A DNA stretch of 63,346 bases, counting the filler, from Octopus bimaculoides (Eukaryota): the NCBI RefSeq assembly GCF_001194135.2. It is 6 parts of 6 records of this genome, joined end to end, with 100 filler letters (N's around TTAATTAATTAA, not from the genome) between each part and the next. Parts side by side here need not be neighbours in the genome. Positions count along the whole stretch, not along the records: positions 50,536 to 59,779 come from NC_068981.1; positions 59,880 to 63,346 come from NW_026355385.1; 4 more parts are not named here. One strand, written 5' to 3'. This document shows positions 50,971 to 63,346 of this stretch, piece after piece. The position numbers and the translations under genes were made by a program. Within the stretch, counting starts at the first letter, position 1, and every line of letters starts with the position of its first letter. The notes under the pieces were generated by a model that was not told the DNA's origin, did no database searches, and saw nothing but the letters and a program-made list of their open reading frames with translations.

Positions 50971-51099
50971 CTGATTCATAGAGCATAATACCTCAATATT
51001 TTATAAATACATTCAAATTTAAATGTGAAAAAAAGAATTGATTATTTTTCTACCTTCCATGGTAGGGGAAACCAGATATTAACTTTTTGTTGTATGATT

Positions 51100-52010
51100 T
51101 CATCATCATCATCATCATTTAACGTCTGTTTTCTATGCTGGGTTGGACAGTTTTACTGGGGACTAGCAAGCTAGGAGGCTGCACCAGGCTCCAATCTGGC
51201 AATGTTTCCACAGCTGGATGTCCTTCCTAATGCCAACCACTCTGAGAGTGTAGTGGGTGCTTTTTACGTGCCACCGGCACAGGAGCCAGTCAGGCAGCAC
51301 TGGCATTGGCCATGTTCAGATGGTGCTTTTTACATGTCACCAGCACAGGAGCCAGTCGGGGCAAGGAGGCTGGCATCGACCACATTTGGATGGTGCTTTT
51401 TACATGCCACCAGCACAGGGAGCCAGTCAGGCAGCACTTGCAACAACCCACACAAGCATTGTGCTTACTGTGTGCCACCAGCATGGGAGCCAGTCAGGTA
51501 ACACTGGCATCAGCAACAACTACAATTTCCATTTGATTTGAATTTGATTTTGATTTTGATTTACTTGATTCAATAGGTCTCCTCAAGCACGACATGTCAC
51601 CCAATGATCCAAAGGTACTTTTTTAAGTGGGCTGGTTATGCGACACTGGTGTAGGCTACGGCTGTGATCTCACTTTACTTGCCGGGTCTTTGTAATTAAG
51701 AGCAACCCTGTGTCCCGCTGTCTGGTGAGGATGAAATCAATCTGGCTAGCAGAGTTACCTGATTGATAGGTTATCAGGTGGCAGTCTGGCTTCCTAAAGT
51801 TGGTGTTGCAGATTAATAGGTTACATGCATCACAGAACTCCAGTAGCCTATTTACCTTTTCATTTGGGGAACCAATTTCATGGCCCCCGTGTACACCATT
51901 GAAGATATCGGTTTGCCGTTCGATATGCCCATTAAAATCTCCCGCTGCAAAGATGAGGTCATTGCCACTCATCTTTGAGGTAGCCTGTAGGAGGGTATCA
52001 TAAAAGTGGT
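51100..52010 (-). mobile_element. RTE LINE: APE endonuclease fragment fused to the terminal codons and 3' UTR
   Basis: DLIFAAGDFNGHI..GVHGGH..RLLEFCDACNLLICNTNFRK..ITYQSGNSASQIDFILTR..TKTRQVK*, then UTR repeats and (GAT)n tail at about 51100-51120. Confidence 0.9.
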
Positions 52011-52618
52011 CCTTCTGATCATTTGGTAGGCCTGCTTGTGGGGCGTAGGCAGAGATAATTGTAGAGAAATTTTAGTAACTATTGTGTTCCAATATATATA
52101 TATGTTGTTTTCTTGAAGAGATGAGTAAGAAAGTGTGTTACGAGATGAGTAAGAAGGAAAGAAAGAGAGATGGTTAGGCAAAGAAAGAGAAAGAAATTAA
52201 AGTGAATGAAATTGGAGAAAGAAAAACAGTTTGACTTCATCTTTCTGTACCTCACACCAATACTCCTGCTTTACTACCACTCTGTTACAACTATCAGCCA
52301 TTCAACATCTCTTTTCTGGAATTCTTTCTGTTTTACTCCAGGGGTTCTTCAGACCTAGGGTTTTTATTTAATGCTCTATTCATAGATTATTTTGAAGTTG
52401 TGTGCATTTTTTGGAAAAGATTTATTGAGAAATGGTGACATTTCAAGCAAACAAAAACAACTGATGCTTTTATGTATGTATGTATGTATGTATGTATGTA
52501 TGTATGTATGTATGTATGTATGTATGTGTGTGTGTGTGTGTATGTGTGTATGTATGTATGTATGTGTGTGTGTGTGTGTGTATGTGTGTATGTATGTCTG
52601 TCTGTATGTATGTATGTA

Positions 52619-52653
<35 letters not shown>

Positions 52654-52858
52654 ATGTATGTATGTGTGTTAAATCATGATGATGTGTGGGTGTGTGTATA
52701 CTCCACCACAAAGTACACCAAGTAATTGAAAATAAATTAAATATAAAGGCAAACAAAGACATTAAGCAGAAAGAATTAATTAGACCCCAACATTTTTTGG
52801 GGGTGGAGGTGGGGTGGGGTGATGATAAAGTTTGTTTGAAAATATCTTGTTTCTGTAG

Positions 52859-52945
52859 TGAAGCCCAGTTACTGTAGAACTGAACCAGAAGTGTTAGAAT
52901 CACATGTAAAGAAAGCAGGCGATGACAGGATGTTTACTAACCAAA
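52859..52945 (+). other. Candidate coding exon (87 nt, phase 1-1)
   Basis: Acceptor tatcttgtttctgtAG, donor GTGAGG, open frame KPSYCRTEPEVLESHVKKAGDDRMFTNQ in apparently non-repeat sequence; no homology recognised. Confidence 0.35.
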
Positions 52946-53380
52946 GTGAGGGAAAGAAGTATAGTGCCTTAGTATCAAGTGATAGTTTTTGCATTGGAAG
53001 AACTGTATAGAAATTGTATGAAAGTTTAGAAAGTAAATAGTTACAGTACTGCTGCCATACAACAAGGTCACCCTCAGCAATAATATTATTCACTACTACC
53101 AACTTAACCTTTCCTAAAAGTGGTTATTAATACAGTAATGTTGTTGTTATTCTTACCATTATCGTTAATTTCCTATAGTAATAGCGTATAAAGTGTACAT
53201 TAATATACCTGAGCTGAGGCATTGCAGCAGACCTATAATATAGAAGTTATGTCATCCATCACATTGTGTTGGTGGAGGGAAAGTAGTATGAAGCCAATGG
53301 GGAATAGTCTACGTAGGTTGAAGTAATGTAAAAGATAATGGGGAAAAAAGAAATGGAGCAAAAATTAGATGATGATGATG

Positions 53381-53414
<34 letters not shown>

Positions 53415-53415
<1 letters not shown>

Positions 53416-53619
53416 CCTTTCTATTACAGGCACAAGACCTGAAATTGGGGAGGGGGCTAGTTGATTACATTGACCACAGTGCGTAACTTATTTCATTGAC
53501 CTCGAAAGGATGAAAGGCAAAGTCAACCTTGGCAGAATTTGAACTCAGAATGTAAGGACAGATGAAATGCCACTAAGCATTTTGCCTTGTGTGCTAGTGC
53601 TTCTACCTGCTCACCACCC

Positions 53620-53658
<39 letters not shown>

Positions 53659-54110
53659 TGGTGGTGATAGTGGTGATGATGATGATGGTTTCTGCCATAA
53701 GGGCAGCTTGGGGGAGGTGGGGATGAGTCGATTACATCAATCCCAGTGTTCAACTGGTACTTATTTTATCGATCCCAAAAGGATGAAAGGCTAAGTTGAC
53801 CTCGGCAGAATTTGAACTCAGAACATAGCGATGGGTGAAATACCACTAAGCATTTCATCCAGCATGCTAAAAATTCTTCCAGCTCACCACCTTAATAATA
53901 ATAATAATCATCATCATCATCATCATAATAATAAAGTATGATAAGGCAATGAGTCTGCTGAATTGTTATCACACTGGGCAAAAATGCTGATCTCAAATTC
54001 TGCTGAGGTCAACTTTGCCCTTCATCCTTTTGAGGTTCATGAAACAAGTAACAGTTGAACACTAGGGTCAATGTAATCGACTTTGCCAACCTTGTGCCAA
54101 AATTTGAAAT
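53415..54110. mobile_element. Three SINE family C copies (minus, minus, plus) separated by (AAT)n/(GAT)n
   Basis: Copies at about 53415-53600 (-), 53690-53890 (-) and 53940-54110 (+) share ctgagttcaaattctgc.gaggtc.actttgcc.ttcatcc. Confidence 0.85.
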
Positions 54111-55089
54111 CAGTAATTATAAGTATGATACCAAGTGATGTGGTTAAGTGATTTTTGTCTTCTGGTATATGTGTGACCACAGTCTATATCATGTAATAGT
54201 TTAGAGCTTGTTCACATGGTCATAATATGGAAATTCTTGTATCATCCTTGGGATGTATGGCAAGCTGGAGAGGATATTACTAGTCCACTGCATGTAATAG
54301 ATTCAGATTGCACCCTACATTTGTTTGAGAGTTTATATGTTCTCAGAAAAATGTGTGGGAATTGCAGGAAGCAAAAATAGGGAGGTATTAAAGAAAAGAA
54401 AAAAAAATAGTTGAACAATGTGAGTTGTGTTAGAGCTTTAGTAGCAGTTAAATGTGTAGGATAGAGCAAGTAGCTTCTGAGTGACTGTTTGTGGTGGTAT
54501 TCTAACATCTGAGATCCTGAGTAGGTATAAAGATCAAGCAGGTTTTATATCCTGTGCCTGCTTGCAGTTACATACTCTGCTTTTCAGTTGAAGAGTGGTA
54601 TCTTTGCAAAGTAGATTTGGGTTGCCTCTTCTGTGCACAGATTATAAGGTTTCCTGTCAACTGTGTATAGGGCAGCTATTGCCAACATGTTTCATTGCTC
54701 ACACTATGTATTTGTATGTGTGTGTGTGTGTGTGTGTGGAGGACATAGGTATGCTTGTGGAGTTAAGCAATTCACTTCACTACCATGTAGATCAGGATTC
54801 AATCCCACTGTGCTGCAACTTTGATAAGTGTCTTTTATACTTAGTGAATTGAATTTGGTAGATGGAAACCACACAGAAGTCTATCACACACATTCCTTAA
54901 TTGGATATTGGTGAAGGATGTAAACACCATTGGAAAACTGGTGTTCTTTGATTGAAGTTCATTGAATTTACAGATGTGTACTTATTTTCTTCATAAGAAA
55001 TGTTGTAAAACTTGTAATTAGCCTATTGGAAACTTGTGATTCACACCAATTTTGTTCTGTGTGTGTATGTTGTGTGTGTGTGTGCTGCT

Positions 55090-55980
55090 ACTGTATGCCA
55101 TTCCTATCAACAACCACTTTACAGAGTGTACTAGGTGCATTTCATCATGACACTAGCACTTGAGCTTGTCATGTTCATGACTAGACTCAAGGGTTCTCTC
55201 AAATGCCACATCTCTGTTTGTTCATCAACTTCCTTGCAGTGTCTCCTAGGTCGATTTGATAGTGGTACCAACACTAGTGGGATTCTGTTGTAGCCCATAT
55301 GATTAGAGTACCCTTGCCACTCTATGAGGTATTCATTCACTCTGGACCATATTGCAGAGGAGGTAAATAGAGAAAAGCGTGCAATGTCAGAAGAACCAGG
55401 TTGAGTGTGAGCAGAGAATGAGAGTGTGATGGTTGAAACAGAGTGATTGCATTGAGAGGATGAGTGAAAGTTGAGAGCAAAATGGAGACGAATGAATGAT
55501 CAGTGTAAATGATAGATTTCAATAACAAGTGGCTTAGTGGAGAGGCTGTGATGACTGGAAGTGTAGATGGTGTAATGGTGCAATGTACAAGGTACATGCA
55601 GATTTAATATGATTCCTTATGCATATACCTCATAATGGGCATGAGAAGTAAGGTGATAAATTTCAGAGAGGTTGAATGTTGGACATGCCAGTGACTTATT
55701 CAGCTCTAGAAGCATAGTACTGTGTAAAGGAAGATCCACTGTTTGCTTCATTTCTTGTCTTCACAGATCTTCAGCATTCATGCTCCATATCTCACTATCG
55801 TGCAATATTGCACTTCACACACAAGCATCATCAATCTGCCCTTAATTTTGAGAGAGAAGGCCTTCATTGCTAGAAGTGACAATGACTCCTTGGACTTTTT
55901 TGAACCTGTTCTGAACGATTTGCTGTTAGTTAGATCACCTAAATTACAGAAGCTATAACCTATCCTAGAAATAAGCATGC
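55090..55980 (-). mobile_element. Degenerate RTE LINE pieces
   Basis: 55740-55960 translates RTGSKKSKESLSLLAMKAFSLKIKGRL, homologous to RTE 'RIGWAKFRELLPLL..KGRL'; 55090-55340 resembles the RTE 3' UTR (gcacctagtacactctgtaaagtggtt). Confidence 0.6.
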
Positions 55981-56390
55981 ATTCACACTTGCCTGCCTAC
56001 CTGTCTGTCTATCTGTCTGTCTCTCTCTCTACACACAAAATATATGCACACATACATGCATACATATATTTGTGTGTGTGTGTGTATCATGCACACACAC
56101 ATACAAACTTATAAACTTATATGATATGCTCTATTTCCATTCATGAAATTCCACTTGGAAAATATTGCTTAACCTGCAGCTAAATTAGAAAACAGTTGCT
56201 CAAGGTATTGAAGTCAGAATCTTGTGAGTGAGAAGCAAACTTCTTAATTACCACAGTCATTCCTATACCTATTATATATATATATATATATATATATATN
56301 NNNNNNNNNNNNNNNNNNNNNNNNNNNNNNNNNNNNNNNNNNNNNNNNNNNNNNNNNNNNNNNNNNNNNNNNNNNNNNNNATATATATAG

Positions 56391-56428
<38 letters not shown>

Positions 56429-57397
56429 ATATGACATCCATGTGTGCTTGTTTATGTGTGCATGTATGTATGTGTATATATGTGTGTGCGTTAATATATA
56501 CACACACTTACATACAAATGTGTGTGCACCTTCATTTGTATGTATGTATGTATGAATTTTTGCATGTCAAGAAACTGTAGGTATGCAGCAAGGTCATGTT
56601 CCTGAGAACATATGGAGTGTTTGTAATTAATTATAGCTCATAAATTAGGCTGGTAGTAGGAAGAAGGGTTGTTGTCAAGTGGTACACCATCTTGCAGGAT
56701 GAATATAGCTTGTGGATTTTGCTAACTACTTCAGTTTTGCATCATCACAGCGATGTTTACTTCAGCTACACTGGCATTCGCCAATTATTCTATTAATTAG
56801 CTGGATTATTCATGCAATCTAAATAGGTTACCAATAACTGTATTATTCTAATTGTTTCGTAAATATTTGGGTGGTAGGGTAGGTCTGACTAATTGACTAG
56901 CAGCAGCAGCACCACCACCACCACCACCACCACCACCACCACCACAACAACAACAACAACAACAACAATAACAACCATCACATTACAATCTCTACATTAC
57001 CATCAACACCATCTCTCTTGTGTTCCTTTAGCAGAGTCTAGAGTCTACCTTGTTGCAAGTTTCTCGACTGGTTGTCTGGTCTCAAGAAAACTTAGTACTC
57101 TGCATCCCTTTTACTTCAGAAACCCATGAAGTGACTTATGGTTCCCTTTCTCACCTTCTCTTAGTTACAGAGACCCTGCAGTGGCCCCTTACTGAACTCC
57201 TTTTTTCTTTTGCATATTTCATTATTTTCTCCAAGACTCTTTCAGGCAGTTTCTCCTCTCTTTGTCCCTTTCCTATCCATGTCATATTCAATCCTTTAGC
57301 ATCTAAACTGGCCATCTCCAGCCCAAATATTCTACCTGTTTTATGTTGAGACTGGCAAGATCTGGCCTCTCATACCTACATGTGCACACACACTGTG

Positions 57398-57484
<87 letters not shown>

Positions 57485-58074
57485 AATGGGCTTGAAACAC
57501 TTCACACAGTTTCTATTTATTAAATTCCCTCATAAAGCATTGGTCACCCTGGGACTTTAGTAGAAGACACCTATGCAAGGTGCTGCACAGTGGAATTGAA
57601 TCCAAAACCTCATGGTTGCAAAGTAAGCTTCTTGACCACATAGTCATGTCAGTGCATAATTGAATAAGTTAATGCAAAGTTAGCTACTTCAACATATTCT
57701 ATTATTGGGTATGTTAACCCTTTAGCTTTTAAACTGACTACATTTTCTGTTCAAACTGGCCACGTTCACACCTACCCTGCCATATCATTCTAAAAATAAG
57801 CAACAACATCATTGAAATCTTGAAGCTATGAGACAATGTACGATTAATTCAAAAGTGTGAATAAATAAGCATTACATTTGACAAAGTAATCTGAAGGCAA
57901 AAGGGTTGAACAGATATATGTGGTTACAGCCATTTCACTTCATCAATATAATGTGAATAAAACTTAGTGATGCATGAGCACCACAGATTCTTGTTTATCA
58001 GCTTATACAGTCTGGATTGATTAAGACAGTTGACACCAGTCACTTGTAGTGAAAACTACTAATTTCGTACTCAG

Positions 58075-58673
58075 TACCTCTCTTTACTCTTTTACTCGTT
58101 TCAGTCATTTGACTGTGGCCATGCTGGAGCACCGCCTTTAGTTGAGAAAATCGGCCCCAGGACTTATTCTTTTTAAGCCTAGTACATATTCTATCGGTCT
58201 CTTTTTGCCGAATCGCTAAGTTACAGGGATGTAAACACACCAGCATCAGTTGTCAAGCGATGGTGGGTGGGGGGACAAACACAGACACACAAACACACAT
58301 ACATATATATANNNNNNNNNNNNNNNNNNNNNNNNNNNNNNNNNNNNNNNNNNNNNNNNNNNNNNNNNNNNNNNNNNNNNNNNNNNNNNNNNNNNNNNNN
58401 NNNNNNNNNNNNNNNNNNNNNNNNNNNNNNNNNNNNNNNNNNNNNNNNNNNNNNNNNNNNNNNNNNNNNNNNNNNNNNNNNNNNNNNNNNNNNNNNNNNN
58501 NNNNNNNNNNNNNNNNNNNNNNNNNNNNNNNNNNNNNNNNNNNNNNNNNNNNNNNNNNNNNNNNNNNNNNNNNNNNNNNNNNNNNNNNNNNNNNNNNNNN
58601 NNNNNNNNNNNNNNNNNNNNNNNNNNNNNNNNNNNNNNNNNNNNNNNNNNNNNNNNNNNNNNNNNNNNNNNNN

Positions 58674-58708
<35 letters not shown>

Positions 58709-58870
58709 CATATATACGACGGGCTTCTTTCAGTTTCTGCCTACCAAATCCACTCACAAGGCTTTGGTTGGCTTGTGGCTATAGTAGAAGACACTTGCCC
58801 AAGGTGCCATGCAGTGGGACTGAACCCTGAACCATGTGGTTGGTAAGCAAGCTACTTACCACACAGCCAC
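58075..58870 (-). mobile_element. SINE family A copy split by a gap in its internal microsatellite
   Basis: Colinear with 7322-7692. Confidence 0.9.
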
Positions 58871-59089
58871 TTCTGCGCCTCTTGCATGTATTTTAACCCT
58901 TTAGCATTTAAACTGGTCATGTCTGGCCCAAATATTCTCCCTGTTTTATGTTCAAACTGGTCAGATCTAGCCTCTCACACCTACTCTGCAATTTAATTCT
59001 AGAAATATACAATCACATCATCAAAATCTTGAAACTATGAGATAATGCATGATTTATTCAAAACAGTGTGAATAAATAAGCATTACTTT

Positions 59090-59420
59090 GACTCCTTTCA
59101 GTCATGAATGACCCTAGGATTGCACCTACAAAGTTCCTTTCTGAGGCACAACTCCAAGCAGGATTGTTTATGCAAGACCAGCAGTTGGCCATACATTCAA
59201 GTCTCCCCCCTCCATGCCACTGATGTTATCCAAGGGAAAGGCCATGGCTGATACAGCTTGGCACCAGTGACGTCGCAATTCATTTCTACAGCTGAGTGAG
59301 TTTGAGCAACATAAAATAAAGTGTCTTGCTCAAAAACACAACACACAACCCAGTCCAGGAATCGAACTCACTACCTCATGATTGTGAGCCTGATACTCTA
59401 ATCACTGGGCCATGTCTCTT
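59090..59420 (-). mobile_element. tRNA-headed SINE variant
   Basis: Minus-strand head ggcccagtgattagagtatcaggctcacaatcatgaggtagtgagttcgattcctggac. Confidence 0.7.
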
Positions 59421-59779
59421 CACATTTTTACCCTTTACATTTGACAGAATAATCTGTTAAGGCTATGAAATGGCAAAGTTGTTGGAGTGTCAGACAGCAA
59501 ACCTTATAATATTTGTTCCAGCTCTGTACACTGTGTTCAAGTCAATATATTCCTCTTCACCTACCACCACTTGACAATTGATGTTGGTTTGTTTACATCC
59601 CTGTAACTTAGCTGTTTGACAAAAAAGACTGATGGCATAGATATTAGACTTGCAAAAAATAAAAAAAAGTACTGGGGTTGATTTGTTTAACTAAACCCTT
59701 AATGATGGCACCCAAGCATGGCTGCAGTTCAGTGACTAAAACATGTAAAAGATAAATGGCAAAAGATAATCACTGAGGT

Positions 59780-59879
59780 NNNNNNNNNNNNNNNNNNNNN
59801 NNNNNNNNNNNNNNNNNNNNNNNTTAATTAATTAANNNNNNNNNNNNNNNNNNNNNNNNNNNNNNNNNNNNNNNNNNNN
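59780..59879. other. Artificial scaffold linker
   Basis: 44 N + TTAATTAATTAA (59824-59835) + 44 N. Confidence 0.97.
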
Positions 59880-61742
59880 ATATATATATATATATATATA
59901 TCTATGTGAGCGTGGATATATGTGCGCCTATGTATGTATGTTTATATGTATGTACGTATGTATGTACATGTATACATTGTTGTTTGGAAGTATAAATTAT
60001 GTATATCCAAACAATTATTCCTTCATAGTAATATCCAATACTGCGTTATATAAAGCTAAATGGTGTATTCATACTCACCAACTGCAAACAGGCAAAGCAT
60101 AGCAAACAAAAGAGATATAGTGGTCTTCATTATTGGTTATCTATAGAAAATAATAGCGATCACAGTAAATATTTTCTTACTACATCAAAATAATAAAGAA
60201 AAAAACGCTCCAATTATTAGTTTATGTTTAATGTTGTTGTTGTTATCGCAGATTATCCCAAACCAGGCTTGGTTTGCTCCAGCTGTAATAATCATTTCTA
60301 TTATAGGCATAAGATCTGAATGTTTGTGAGAGGTGAACTTCATTACATTGATCCCTGTGCTGAATATTTTATCGACTCCGAAAGAATGAAAGNNNNNNNN
60401 NNNNNNNNNNNNNNNNNNNNNNNNNNNNNNNNNNNNNNNNNNNNNNNNNNNNNNNNNNNNNNNNNNNNNNNNNNNNNNNNNNNNNNNNNNNNNNNNNNNN
60501 NNNNNNNNNNNNNNNNNNNNNNNNNNNNNNNNNNNNNNNNNNNNNNNNNNNNNNNNNNNNNNNNNNNNNNNNNNNNNNNNNNNNNNNNNNNNNNNNNNNN
60601 NNNNNNNNNNNNNNNNNNNNNNNNNNNNNNNNNNNNNNNNNNNNNNNNNNNNNNNNNNNNNNNNNNNNNNNNNNNNNNNNNNNNNNNNNNNNNNNNNNNN
60701 NNNNNNNNNNNNNNNNNNNNNNNNNNNNNNNNNNNNNNNNNNNNNNNNNNNNNNNNNNNNNNNNNNNNNNNNNNNNNNNNNNNNNNNNNNNNNNNNNNNN
60801 NNNNNNNNNNNNNNNNNNNNNNNNNNNNNNNNNNNNNNNNNNNNNNNNNNNNNNNNNNNNNNNNNNNNNNNNNNNNNNNNNNNNNNNNNNNNNNNNNNNN
60901 NNNNNNNNNNNNNNNNNNNNNNNNNNNNNNNNNNNNNNNNNNNNNNNNNNNNNNNNNNNNNNNNNNNNNNNNNNNNNNNNNNNNNNNNNNNNNNNNNNNN
61001 NNNNNNNNNNNNNNNNNNNNNNNNNNNNNNNNNNNNNNNNNNNNNNNNNNNNNNNNNNNNNNNNNNNNNNNNNNNNNNNNNNNNNNNNNNNNNNNNNNNN
61101 NNNNNNNNNNNNNNNNNNNNNNNNNNNNNNNNNNNNNNNNNNNNNNNNNNNNNNNNNNNNNNNNNNNNNNNNNNNNNNNNNNNNNNNNNNNNNCCTGTAT
61201 TTATACAAACTTCGAAATACCATTTCAATTCAGGGCCGAACAGAGCCGTCATATTTTATATCCTGTTATAATATGAGTAAGAGATTATAAAGAAGAATGA
61301 GGTGAATAATAAATTCTTTTGTTATGATTCTGGTAAATACGTTTTTATTTTATTAGAACATCTTTTTCACAATAGAATTTCTTAGTCAGCAAAATAAACC
61401 TCGAACACGGATTTGATTAATCACTGTCAATGTCCGCATTCCTATTCCTAAACGGATTAAAGTGGTTTCTCTTTTATTATAATTTTGTTGTAAAGGCGGT
61501 AAGATTGCTAGAATCATTAGCGGTGGACAAAGTACTTTGCGCTATTTTCTCACTCCCTTTTCATTTTGCGAATTTAAATTTTGCTGAAATTTGGTTTCAT
61601 TTTTCATACCAGTAAATGTAATACAATAATGTCCCAGTCATGAACTGGGGTCAACTAATCAACGAAATCATATTCTTGGCCTTGTGTTTCTTGTTTAACT
61701 CTGTCAGTACTAATCCAAGAAGCACAGACTCAAAATGTCCCA

Positions 61743-61793
<51 letters not shown>

Positions 61794-62849
61794 ATGAATA
61801 TGTGTATATCTGGCTATAGATATTTAATAATTTGTTTATATATGGGAAGATGTATGCATACTTATATGTGAAAGTCTTTGTGTTGATATGACGGTGCATA
61901 TATCTGAACGGATTTATATCTAGATATGTATAAGCGAGTGTATATATATATATATATATAGCTGTATGGGTTGTATGCATATATATATACATGCTGATGT
62001 AGATAATATGGGTATCTGTGTGGATGTATAGCTGTGTATGAGTATGTATATGTATATATNNNNNNNNNNNNNNNNNNNNNNNNNNNNNNNNNNNNNNNNN
62101 NNNNNNNNNNNNNNNNNNNNNNNNNNNNNNNNNNNNNNNNNNNNNNNNNNNNNNNNNNNNNNNNNNNNNNNNNNNNNNNNNNNNNNNNNNNNNNNNNNNN
62201 NNNNNNNNNNNNNNNNNNNNNNNNNNNNNNNNNNNNNNNNNNNNNNNNNNNNNNNNNNNNNNNNNNNNNNNNNNNNNNNNNNNNNNNNNNNNNNNNNNNN
62301 NNNNNNNNNNNNNNNNNNNNNNNNNNNNNNNNNNNNNNNNNNNNNNNNNNNNNNNNNNNNNNNNNNNNNNNNNNNNNNNNNNNNNNNNNNNNNNNNNNNN
62401 NNNNNNNNNNNNNNNNNNNNNNNNNNNNNNNNNNNNNNNNNNNNNNNNNNNNNNNNNNNNNNNNNNNNNATATGGGTATATGTATATATGTACCCACATA
62501 GCTGCCCATAATATGTATATAAAAGTAGATATAGAATATTTATCACGTATAATTGATTGTTCAGCTCGTTATTCTTATTTGGGGTATTTCATTTATATTG
62601 ATATTACTTTGATTTGAAGTGTCTATAGACTTTATTTTTATATGTCTATATAGAGTTACCTTCGTTTTACCTTTGTGTATGTGTATTGATATGTTTATAT
62701 AGATGTGTGTGTGTGAGAGAGAGTGAATGAATAATGTGCTATATATATGAGGATATAGTGCATTTATCTCATTTAAAATATATAAATGTATATATTGATA
62801 TATATATATATATATATATAAAATCAAAACAAAAATTGGAACAAGAACG

Positions 62850-63346
62850 TAACAGGCGACAATAAAACATTGGGACAGTAGGTGATACAAAGAGGGACGG
62901 GAAAAAATAAGGACGGGGCATTCCGAGCTTTCAGTCTTCAGTCGAGAAGCAGATCGATCATCTTCGGCCGGTTAATCTCGTGACTGCTCTAATCTGGCCG
63001 GCCCCAAGGAAATCTAAGCTAAGAGCACTAGATTCTTTGGAAGAAAGCAAGCGAATGTATACGAAAACAAGGACGAAAAAAAAAACGGAGAATTGGTACA
63101 CAATTACAATACAAACAACAGGACATTAACAACAGGTGTCTTTCGACTAAGGACGAATTAAATTAAGCTGACGTGTGTGGAAGTGAACTCTTACGTCAGG
63201 AACAGAGAAGCTGAAGGTGATGGGAAGAAATAAAAGAGATGCTACAGGGATGGTAGTCGAACTAAGAAAGGTTTGCTGGAACACCGGTCACGTGGATGGA
63301 GAGGAGGGAGGTATTGGGTAGAGGGATTGAAAAATTAAGGAGGGAC
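62850..63346 (-). repeat. CpG-rich non-coding interspersed repeat, possibly Penelope-like; runs off window
   Basis: Minus strand is CT-rich, carries CCACGTGAC as at 29711 and 35712, and has several short hairpins; no ORF recognised. Confidence 0.4.

Noticed and set aside
55131-55340. Chromodomain-like peptide EYLIEWQGYS on the minus strand
   Set aside because: It lies within RTE 3' UTR-like sequence; the rest of the chromodomain signature is absent.
62925-62990. Hammerhead-like CCGAAGA..CTGAAGA..GAAAGCTC on the minus strand
   Set aside because: I could not form consistent stems I and II; kept only as part of an unclassified repeat.

Overview
Repeat- and microsatellite-dominated, AT-rich animal DNA. 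The SINE and RTE families plus the extreme (TA)n/(CA)n/(GATA)n density look like an octopus (coleoid cephalopod) short-read assembly; this is inferred from recalled repeat families and not checked. The window is not one locus: five identical 100-bp artificial linkers (44 N + TTAATTAATTAA + 44 N) join six separate scaffolds of roughly 10 kb. No intact protein-coding gene is visible, and almost all long ORFs in the track are N-gap or microsatellite artefacts. Recognisable content: tRNA-derived SINEs, fragments of RTE, Tx1/L1, CR1/L2-like and R4/Dong-like LINEs, a Penelope GIY-YIG fragment, a Helitron helicase fragment, mariner/hAT/Merlin-type non-autonomous elements, LTR remnants and a few weak exon candidates. 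Most interesting: (i) a dispersed set of minimal type I hammerhead-ribozyme-like motifs, some sharing a non-canonical core, in Penelope-like non-coding repeats; (ii) a triplicated LTR-end/PBS junction carrying about 45 nt of mature tRNA-Trp including CCA; (iii) a Merlin-like MITE with an internal telomeric-repeat palindrome; (iv) R4/Dong-like LINEs sitting at (TAA)n arrays. I cannot show that any of these is a previously undescribed system.
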